This document shows positions 48,206 through 56,800 of a stretch of 64,000 nucleotides of DNA, piece by piece; position 1 is the first letter of the stretch, and each line of letters starts with the position of its first letter. Location: assembly GCA_000002435.2 (NCBI GenBank), contig CM018789.1; one strand, 5' to 3'. Position numbers and translations under genes: made by a program. The DNA is from Giardia intestinalis (lineage: Eukaryota). Under the pieces are notes generated by a model that had not been told where the DNA came from, searched no databases, and was given only the letters and a program-made list of their open reading frames with translations.

Positions 48206-48733
48206 CTAGTACATTGGAACTGGGAATTGGTGGATCGAGCGAACGTGGTGGCCGTCTGAATCGGGGGAATTTGTTGTGCTCTGCGTGGAGGGAGTGTCCG
48301 GTGTGGGTAGATCGCCCGATGCCCTCATAGCCGCAAGCCGTCGAAGCTGGTCTTCTACCTGGTGCATCTTGGAGTGTGATATTAGCTGTGCACCATAAAA
48401 TAGGGCCCAGCAATAGGGGAAGATAAGGGGTGCGCCAAAGAACTGTAGAAGGCCTATGGAGAGTATTGTCCGTCGGTTGGCCTTGGCCGACGGGGCTATC
48501 GCCGAAAACATCGTCCCAATCCCTGGGAGCACTATGTTGCAGAATAGGATCGTCACAGCTGCGCCAATGGGAAGAACCGGGGTTGCTCCCGCTTTGACAT
48601 ATGAGACAAAGGACATGGGCTCGCACTCCTTGCACAGGGGCCCTTTTGTTACTGGCTTATCATGTGCAAGAGATATCGTTTCGTCGCTCAGACACACAGG
48701 AGAGCTCATTTTTGTTCTAGAGGTACTAACCAA
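48206..48733 (-). CDS. small multi-pass membrane protein, paralog of 43044-43436
   Basis: CNIVLPGIGTMFSAI and IGLLQFFGAPLIFPYCWALFYGAQLI align with the paralog. The likely ATG is at 48709 (CTAGAACAAAAAATG). Its stop lies 10 nt from the start of the next gene. Confidence 0.65.
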   Translation of the reverse strand: MVSTSRTKMSSPVCLSDETISLAHDKPVTKGPLCKECEPMSFVSYVKAGATPVLPIGAAVTILFCNIVLPGIGTMFSAIAPSAKANRRTILSIGLLQFFGAPLIFPYCWALFYGAQLISHSKMHQVEDQLRRLAAMRASGDLPTPDTPSTQSTTNSPDSDGHHVRSIHQFPVPMY

Positions 48734-48847
48734 CTAATGATTTGTGAATGGCTTGTTAGTAGAGCTAGTATCTTCACAGCTCACACCCAGAAAGCATGCC
48801 AGCTTTTGCCATACTTGTCAAGTTCCTTTCAGCCCATTTAGCGCACG

Positions 48848-49870
48848 GTGCACGCGCTGAAAAAAATGTTCTTCGATATTCTCTTTGTAAATACAAGCAC
48901 AGGGATACTTCAGTATCACCACCGAGTCAACACGTTCTTTACTGATTCCCCAATGAAGCCCCATAGTCTGTGCATGATTCTCAGGTCTATAACCCAAGCA
49001 TCCATGGAAGTCTTTAAGCAAGCTCTTCTGTACATGGAGCTCAGCTCTGCCGCCATATCGATTTATGATGCCCAGCCAATTACCTGCATTGTTATTCATG
49101 AAATCTTCGACAGAGATTGCTACGGCTCCATACTCTCTGAGGCGTTTGTCAGTCTCTATAAGAACGTAATACAGAATTCGTTTACGCGGACGCAGCATAT
49201 GAACCCCCCGATAGCCCAATCGCATGTCACTTCAAAATTATTAGAATATATGCAGTTAGCCCTCTCGATTGTCCTGGACAGAATTTGCTGCATGAAGTAT
49301 ACTGCGTCGTGCTATGTTATGATTCTTGACCACCCTTATTCTCCCGTCTTTCCGCCTGGAATGATCATGGGGAGGACTAAGCACCTTCCTCCCAGGCCAA
49401 ACTTCGCTGAACTGAACTCGAAAGCAATAGAAACCAATATCAGCAACCTCATTGATCAAATTAACGAAGCGCTAGAGGTCATCTTTGCCTCGTCGGACGG
49501 TGGATCCGTAGCAGATAACCCTAACAATAAGCTCAGCTCCCGTCTTTCTACCTTCGAATTATGCTACGACATGTCCTTCCGGATTCGCGTCACTAACGTT
49601 TTCCCCGGTGCATACGTTGTGCTCATGCAGAATAAGCGAACGCGGCAATACAGTTCTCTGCACCAGGACAATGCAACAATGTCTATCATGACTCAGGAAT
49701 CTGCGCTAGAGCTATCTGCGCAGGCATCAACCCTCACTGCAACCCCCTTTCACGGGAAGTCCGGCACCGCTAAGTTCGAGAAAAACAAGTTCATGGTGAG
49801 CCAGTTGACGCATGCTATCGCCCGCATCTTTGACAGCGCACATCAGATACGGCAACGGAATAGCACCTAG
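48848..49870 (+). CDS. hypothetical protein
   Basis: ORF whose likely ATG at 48866 has the context CTGAAAAAAATG (about 335 aa). No domain recognised. Its first 360 nt are antisense to an alternative 135-aa ORF (see findings). Confidence 0.5.
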   Translation: MHALKKMFFDILFVNTSTGILQYHHRVNTFFTDSPMKPHSLCMILRSITQASMEVFKQALLYMELSSAAISIYDAQPITCIVIHEIFDRDCYGSILSEAFVSLYKNVIQNSFTRTQHMNPPIAQSHVTSKLLEYMQLALSIVLDRICCMKYTASCYVMILDHPYSPVFPPGMIMGRTKHLPPRPNFAELNSKAIETNISNLIDQINEALEVIFASSDGGSVADNPNNKLSSRLSTFELCYDMSFRIRVTNVFPGAYVVLMQNKRTRQYSSLHQDNATMSIMTQESALELSAQASTLTATPFHGKSGTAKFEKNKFMVSQLTHAIARIFDSAHQIRQRNST

Positions 49871-49895
49871 CAACACCCACCCGATCACACACGTC

Positions 49896-52800
49896 TTACT
49901 TACGGATCTTCATAGCGGGTATATTAGCATCGTAGTCCAGAGCATGGGTCAAGTTCCTGTGTCTGTTGTACATTTGTTTAAAGTTGTAGCGCCTATTTCT
50001 CGGAGATCCACGTGGGGTATGATCCGTATTTCTGCTCATCAATGCATTCCCAATTAGTGCCAACAGCAGGAATGCCCGTATCTTACGCAACGTCTTTCGT
50101 GTTTTGGTGTCAAGCTTCAAGGTGCGAAGAATTTGATCTCGCTGGACAAAGGCGTCCTGTACTTCTACGTCCTCAGTTTCATCCACAAACTCGTCAAGGC
50201 TTCGTCTTTCTTCTCTGGCGCCTATAGCTGCGCTCAATCGCTCAGTGACATGTCTTGATCTGCTTATGGACCCACGTCTCGAACGTGGAAATAGGGGGTC
50301 CTGGTCTGAGAGAACTGATGTTTCTCTCCGCGTATCGGTGTAGTCAGAGTATTGGGCATCAATGCTTCCTCTTATCTGCATATCCAATGATAGCCTGTTC
50401 ATGGAGTCTATCGAGGCCCTGGTAGCAGAGCTCCGGCGCTCAAGTATCGAATTAAGGCGATGTTTGCGTTGATCCGGCGTCAAGGCCCGCATTCTATCTG
50501 CGACACTTGACGATTGAGACACCGAAGTGCTTTCTGTCATCCTATTTGCGAGGTTTTTTTGTGCAATGAGCATTCCGTTGATATTCTTTGTTTTGGAGTC
50601 CAGCGACGAGATTCTCACGGGGTAAAGACTACTCTCACCAGCTTGTCCCAGTGGTGATGAGCTCTGCTCAATGATGGATAGACGCATACTCTCAGGGGGT
50701 TCATGTGGTACACCCTTGGTTCCGGGAGACGGCAGTGGAGGCGTCAGGGCCGCCTTAGCTACTCGAGAGGCTGCAGGAGACGAACCAGGGGTACTGCTGA
50801 GACTGAAGGTCGAGGGAAGAAGTAGTTCCTGTGCTGCTGTGTGTGCCACTCGCATTTCTAGTGAGTGTCGTGGCTGAGAGATAACATTATTGTTCACCAT
50901 TTCCTCGAGTAGCGATGTATTTTTCTTTCGTGATATTTTTGTGTTAGTATTCGTGCCTGAAGTACTGAAAATATTCAAGGTGGGGATTCGCACACCCTTC
51001 TTTTGTTGTTGAGATAAGGACGCCGTGGTTCCTATAGGGGTCTTTGGATTGGCTTTGGCTAGTACAGTGATTGGTTGCTGACTCACGATGCTGGCAGTAG
51101 ACTCTTCAGAATCTATGTTCTTATTAGGCACTGGAGACATGGGTATTTGCTGATGGGGCCGCGTAAGTGAGGCTTTCCGTTGATGCGCCCCCGCTTCTTT
51201 TGGGACTTTTTGTTGTTTGGTGGTAGGCCGCTTTTTAGATGTCTTTGCAGTCCGCTTTGTCCTTTCTCCCTCTCGATGAACCTGAGTATTTTTCCCTTGC
51301 TGTTGCTTGACCGAGGGTCGCTTTTGAATGGAGCTGATGGTACGCTTAACAAGACTATCTGCGCTTTTTGATTGTTGTGTCAGCTGCCTACCTTGGGTTA
51401 ACGACTCCATGCTTGATGGAGTAGGAGTCAAGAGAAGGGTATCCATGGACTTTGATGAAACTATTTGGAAGCCTTCTGTGCTGCTATCGCTATTGTCTTC
51501 AGGCTTTTCGCAAACAGGTGTATCATCATCGACGATTTTATCACTCTGGAGAGGCTCAGGTTGTACATCGTGAGATTGCTGAGACGAAATATTAGATTGA
51601 CTCTGGTATTCTGTAACATGTGATGGAGGACCAGGCTGGACTGAATAGTATTTTTCTGCTGCTGTCTTAATATGTTGGGCAGCATAGTTAAATGCCAAGA
51701 GCTCGGGATCTAAGTTATCTGCTGCACTGGATCTTAATTGGAAGGCATCATCTAGAGGGTTTCCACTGCACCCGGCAATAGTGGAAAGGAGCATCTGAGA
51801 CGCGCCCATTTGAGAGTCAGGCTCATCCGTGGCATACTTGGCTGGACTAGACTTTCTCTTGGGCGATTCAAAGGCTCTTGCTAGTGAATCTGCAAACGCC
51901 TCTGTCCTTCCCCTTTTAGTAACGTAAGTCATGGATGCAGGGGATCTAATCCTGTTGGCATTAACGTCAAAGCATTGGGGTGTCATTTGCGAGGTAGCGC
52001 CTGCTTTAACACCTCTCTCGGCTTTGGAGGTGAAAGTATTGCTCGACGAACGGTGATACGGCTTGCTGCGTATAGGAGACAACGCCTTAGCACTCTCTGC
52101 AACTACCGCGTTCTGAAATATAGCATTCGCGTTCCCATCGTTGATGAACGAGACAACATCGTGGTTAGTTATATTATTAACAATGTGGTCCAGCTGGTCG
52201 AGCCGACGCACCGGATTGCACACCAGTGCACGATCCTCGCTGGCCATTTCTTGTGCAGCGTAATAATCGCAGTATTCTCCGTGCTGAGACAGGTCGCGCC
52301 GAACCTCCTCTTTAGCCTCGACCAGGTGCCCAATGAGGGACCTGTTTATTTCTACGTGGTCAAGCACGGCCTTCTGTGCCATATTTTGGTGTAGATTGAT
52401 CAGCTGCTTGTTTGAAGACGCAGCTGAACGTAGCGGAACACGAGAGGCGTATGTATTATAAAGCTGAACGGAAGTGCGGGAAGGAGAACCCTCGGAGCTT
52501 TGCTTTGTGTTGTAATCATAGAGTCTGGACTGGTGCCTGATTTTGTAAGGCAATGCTGTCTGGATGTTTCGTGCTGCCGCATTAGGAGACCAGACAATCG
52601 CTCCACCGATTTCTTCAGGCGGAAAGATCCGCTGGAACGCATCGATACACGGCTCGGAACGCCCGACCCGCTGGACTATACTGGCAGATGCACGCTGCAA
52701 CGCCTTAGGAGTGAGGGCCCCGTTGTCGAGGCATTGCTTTGTGCGCTCTAGCTGCTTGTGAGCAACAGTTAATGCTGCAAGGGTTTTCTCGGCCGTGCTC

Positions 52801-52967
52801 TTGGAGTTCACCGTGATGTTGTGGGACGTGTGGATCAGTTGGTTGGAGCGGTTCAACAGGCCTTTTGTGGCGATAACCACCTCATTGATGGCCTGATTCC
52901 TCTCACCGATAGCTGACTGGTGCCTGTTCCCCCACGCCTTGGCGGAAGAATAGGACCCCAGTTTCAT
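49896..52967 (-). CDS. hypothetical Ser/Thr/Gln-rich low-complexity protein (1023 aa)
   Basis: Uninterrupted 3 kb ORF. The ATG at 52967 lies 11 bp from the divergent Ncs6 start. Confidence 0.55.
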   Translation of the reverse strand: MKLGSYSSAKAWGNRHQSAIGERNQAINEVVIATKGLLNRSNQLIHTSHNITVNSKSTAEKTLAALTVAHKQLERTKQCLDNGALTPKALQRASASIVQRVGRSEPCIDAFQRIFPPEEIGGAIVWSPNAAARNIQTALPYKIRHQSRLYDYNTKQSSEGSPSRTSVQLYNTYASRVPLRSAASSNKQLINLHQNMAQKAVLDHVEINRSLIGHLVEAKEEVRRDLSQHGEYCDYYAAQEMASEDRALVCNPVRRLDQLDHIVNNITNHDVVSFINDGNANAIFQNAVVAESAKALSPIRSKPYHRSSSNTFTSKAERGVKAGATSQMTPQCFDVNANRIRSPASMTYVTKRGRTEAFADSLARAFESPKRKSSPAKYATDEPDSQMGASQMLLSTIAGCSGNPLDDAFQLRSSAADNLDPELLAFNYAAQHIKTAAEKYYSVQPGPPSHVTEYQSQSNISSQQSHDVQPEPLQSDKIVDDDTPVCEKPEDNSDSSTEGFQIVSSKSMDTLLLTPTPSSMESLTQGRQLTQQSKSADSLVKRTISSIQKRPSVKQQQGKNTQVHREGERTKRTAKTSKKRPTTKQQKVPKEAGAHQRKASLTRPHQQIPMSPVPNKNIDSEESTASIVSQQPITVLAKANPKTPIGTTASLSQQQKKGVRIPTLNIFSTSGTNTNTKISRKKNTSLLEEMVNNNVISQPRHSLEMRVAHTAAQELLLPSTFSLSSTPGSSPAASRVAKAALTPPLPSPGTKGVPHEPPESMRLSIIEQSSSPLGQAGESSLYPVRISSLDSKTKNINGMLIAQKNLANRMTESTSVSQSSSVADRMRALTPDQRKHRLNSILERRSSATRASIDSMNRLSLDMQIRGSIDAQYSDYTDTRRETSVLSDQDPLFPRSRRGSISRSRHVTERLSAAIGAREERRSLDEFVDETEDVEVQDAFVQRDQILRTLKLDTKTRKTLRKIRAFLLLALIGNALMSRNTDHTPRGSPRNRRYNFKQMYNRHRNLTHALDYDANIPAMKIRK

Positions 52968-52978
52968 TAGAAAAATAA
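52968..52978. promoter_or_regulatory. 11-bp AT-rich shared spacer between divergent start codons
   Basis: TAGAAAAATAA lies between the minus ATG at 52965-52967 and the plus ATG at 52979-52981. Confidence 0.5.
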
Positions 52979-53884
52979 ATGGAACCCACCGTTAAGAAAT
53001 GCACCTCTTGCACTTGCGAACCCGTCTCTGCGCCTGCGCATGAGCAACAGAAGCTTTTGGAAAACACATCTGCACCCTCAGCCTCTGCTACATTTAAGGC
53101 AGTTTCCAAGCGCCTTGTTAGAAACGTAGGCAGAGCCATCTCCACCTACAAACTTATTGAACAGGGCGATCGTGTTGCACTGGCCCTCTCGGGAGGAAAG
53201 GACAGCTGGACACTTCTCCACGTCCTCCTTGATATAGCAAAACGCTCCCCAGTTAAGTTCACTGTTATCCCTGTGACGGTGGAGACAGGATATCCAGGGT
53301 TTGAAGCCAATGTCGCAAAGCTCACGAAGTACATTGAGGAGAACCTCGGCATAAAGCACGTGGTCATAAAGGAGACCTTCCCGGAGATAATCGACGGGAA
53401 CTTACGCCAAGGAACAAGCAACTGCTCGTTCTGCGCCCGCTTACGAAGAGGAACCCTCTACACGCATTGCCAAAAACTGGGGATTAATAAGCTCGCCCTA
53501 GGTCACCATAGGGAGGACGTTAACGAGTCACTTTTGATGTCTCTTTTCTTCAACGGAAAACTCTGGACGCAAGGCCCGATAATTCATAACTCAGAGAAGA
53601 ACGTTACGCTAATTCGCCCCATGGTATTCTGCGCAGAAGAGGACACTATTGCATATGCGCGCCATAGTACGTTTCCAATAGTTACATGCAACTGTCCCCA
53701 CGAGGGAAACAAAGAACATCGGCGGTACAAGATCAAGCAGACGATTCTTACCATGCGCCAGTGGATTCCAGATATCCAGCGCAGCATCTTGACGGGGGCC
53801 ACAGAGCTATTCCAATTCATGCAATATACAGACAAGGGCAAGGAGCGAAATAACAGAGCAGAGGACGATGGTGAGCTAATGTAA
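52979..53884 (+). CDS. cytoplasmic tRNA 2-thiolation protein 1 (Ncs6/Ctu1/TtcA-family PP-loop ATPase)
   Basis: PP-loop SGGKDS, Cys motifs CSFCARLRRG and CNCPHEG, and conserved LALGHHREDV. The ATG context is GAAAAATAAATG. The stop is embedded in TGTAAAC. Confidence 0.85.
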   Translation: MEPTVKKCTSCTCEPVSAPAHEQQKLLENTSAPSASATFKAVSKRLVRNVGRAISTYKLIEQGDRVALALSGGKDSWTLLHVLLDIAKRSPVKFTVIPVTVETGYPGFEANVAKLTKYIEENLGIKHVVIKETFPEIIDGNLRQGTSNCSFCARLRRGTLYTHCQKLGINKLALGHHREDVNESLLMSLFFNGKLWTQGPIIHNSEKNVTLIRPMVFCAEEDTIAYARHSTFPIVTCNCPHEGNKEHRRYKIKQTILTMRQWIPDIQRSILTGATELFQFMQYTDKGKERNNRAEDDGELM

Positions 53885-56800
53885 ACTGCAAGCATGCGCT
53901 CTGTCGGTGAGTAAAGGAGTAACAGGGGCTATCTCCTTTGTATCAATCTGATAAAGGGTCAGTTTCTTAGTTATGGTTTCCTTAGTTGCAGTCAGAGGAC
54001 GCGATAGAAGCTTCTCGTAGTTTAGTTGTGCAGGAGTGAAGGGGTGCAGACGAGGTGCAGTGCACTGGGCGTATCCTCGGTAGACGCGGCCCACATCTCT
54101 GTCTATGATGGCTTCTTTGTAGAATCTGCGGCAGGCTTTCCGATTAGAGACCGTCTTATCCCCAGCAACCGCTCGTTGTCGAGGGCCCCTATCATGTTTA
54201 TCTGGTGGAGGATTTGGTGGAAGCTTTTCTAAGGTATTAGTGATACGTTTATCAGAATCGTGCATGAGACCTCGTACTAGAGCCCCATTGGCATCACCGT
54301 CGTGCTCAGCAAAAACGTTTGTTGGTGCCTCTTGCAAAGATACTGGGTCTAGATTCTGACACCCGTGTGGATCTTCAAATAATTGTTTGCAACCATCACT
54401 GACAGGAATATTCAGCGTGGCCTCGTCATCCTTTGCTTCCCTTGTGACTTCGTCGCCAGTCTGTAGCACCGTTACGGGCTCAACAAGATGATTGTGAACT
54501 GTCGGTCTATCAGTACTAGTAAGACATCCATGGTCATCTAGAATTACTTGGGAACTACCAGTATCTATCCTCGAAGCAGTTCTAGCAGAAACGGGGGGTC
54601 TGGCTGGTTCCTTGGAACGGGTACAGGATGGAGCGCAAGAAAGTGGACGGGATATGCCAAAGCTCGCGCAGCGCTGCCTGTTAAGCCCCTCCTTGAGAAG
54701 TTTGGTCAGGTGCGAATCGTAGGCTGTGGTATTTAATGCCGCACTTTTAGCAGCATGATTGCGTTGCGGAGGAGCCCGAAGTTTCGGGGTGTAGGCCTGG
54801 AGGTACGCGATGTAGTCCAGCATCATGTTAGAGTGCGGACAAGAAGGCAGTGCAGTCTCGCTCCTGCGAAGATTAGGTAACGGGGTTGTTAATAGTCTAT
54901 TTGGAGTGACATCCAGAGCTTGCTTCGATATGCCGATCATTGGATTATGCGTTGGTGTGCTTATCACAACCTCTGTAAGATTCTGCGCTAGTGACAAATG
55001 CGGCCCTTCATGTTGAGCTTCTTCAAAACGGTCAGTCGGGAGCGATTCTTCCAAAGGAGAAGAAGATGGGGTGTAGAAAAACGCTTTGACAGCCTTAAGG
55101 TTTCTGTCGGCTTCAATTGTGGCATCCTGTGGGCTGGTAATCTCATTAGTTAGCTCTCTGAAATCAGGGGGTTCAAATCCGTCAGGGGCGCTGGAATCTG
55201 TGTCGGGGTGAAGTCCTCGTACCTTATGTATTACAGTATCCCCATCCGAGTACTTAATTCGTTTGTACAGCTCCATGTTCAGGCCTCGCTTCACCCTATC
55301 GATTCCATATATTCGTCTGATCTCGGCATCCTTTCGGAGATCGTTAAACAACTTTGTAACGCAATTTTTCTGATCAGGAGTCACTAGACGCTGCGCATAT
55401 GGAGATAATGCAGAGTCATGAGAGGTGTTGTGAAAGATCTGCTTTATGTCTTTCACGTCCTCTTCTGTGAGCGCATTAGTGCGCGCAGAAACGGCGTTGC
55501 ACATTGTAGAAATTTGGTTCTCCTTGGTGGGGATCTTCATCGGCGCGTATACACTCCGCACGATTCGTGATGAAGCATGTGGCGTTTGGCACTCAATGCG
55601 AGTATCAACCGGTGAAGTACCACTCAGATCCTCAGGAAAAATTCGAATATCACTCGGGACGTATGGAGAAGGGATATCCTTCACACTTCGAATGATGTTC
55701 TCTCTCTCAATGGTCATTGGAGTGTTGTATAGTAGCCTTAGATGTGCAGGAGAATGCAGTGGCAGCATTCCAAAAGCAGGCGCAGTACGTGGCCTAAAAG
55801 AAAGTAGATCAGGGCGCAGAGGCTCAGTGCGAGACACATAAGCAGAGGCAGACCTCAGCTTGTAACAGCGTAGCTTAGGAAGATCCGAGCTTCGCCTTGA
55901 TACAGTGGACGAAGCGGCCTTATTACGTAACCGTTGCAACTCTGTCTTTGTACCAGATGCCGATGCTTTTATGAATGCTCGCAGCTGTGGCGGATAGCGG
56001 GATATACCCAAATTGATTGGAGGTGGCGGTTTTGAAGGCACAACGGCCCCACAAGCATCTGTTTGAGAAGCTACATGTTGGAACTCACTAGGCATAGGGA
56101 CACGGAGAACTGAAGGTGCTGGTAAATCTGTAGGCATCGGCTGCGCAGCATTGTGAAAGGGAATCGGTTCAATGGCCACTAGTGAATGAACAATAAGACC
56201 AGCAAGTTTAGTTAGGTCAGGCATCCAATAGTAATTTTGTGCTCCTCGCTCCTGAAGCCTGGACGCCTTTGAACCTACCTGCAGCTGTGTCTGGGAACAA
56301 AGGGCAGGAGGGCTAGATAGAGTAAACCGCTTTGGAATGCGGCCTCGGAATGAGGGGTTGGGCCGTATGTGAGTAAAGCTAGACTGTAGAAAAGCTCTAG
56401 GCTGGTGCATCTTTTCCTCCTGAGAAGGGCTGGAAAGGCCATGCTGCGAGGTAAGCAACTTAGATGGCGGAATACTGGGTTTTATGGCAAGAGGCGGAGA
56501 CACGCACACGTATGACGTCCTCGAGCTTTTCTGGTCAATGTGCATAGGTGGTGGGGTAGCAGTTGGCACTCGGGAAACTACAGGCGAGATGGGAGCATCG
56601 TAGGAGGGCCGTGCATCGATAGGTCGATCTGTGAAATGGTAAGATGTGTCTGACGATGTATCTGTTGGTAGATCCGTTGTCAATAGCGGGAGTGAGATCG
56701 ATGACAGATGAACAGATTCAGAGTTCTCGCGAGACTGTGAAGCCGTATCCTCAGAAGTATAGTACTGCAGTGGGTGGATAACAAAAGAATCATTTCCAGA

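Noticed and set aside
53990-54185. Apparent 1-nt frame discontinuities (a missing G near 54000-54001 and an extra G near 54181) relative to the listed 53876-58081 and 54026-54232 ORFs
   Set aside because: The ORF track, computed from the same sequence, reads straight through. I attribute these to my own single-character misreading, not to real frameshifts. This limits confidence in any single-nucleotide claim, including the exact TGA call at 62843.
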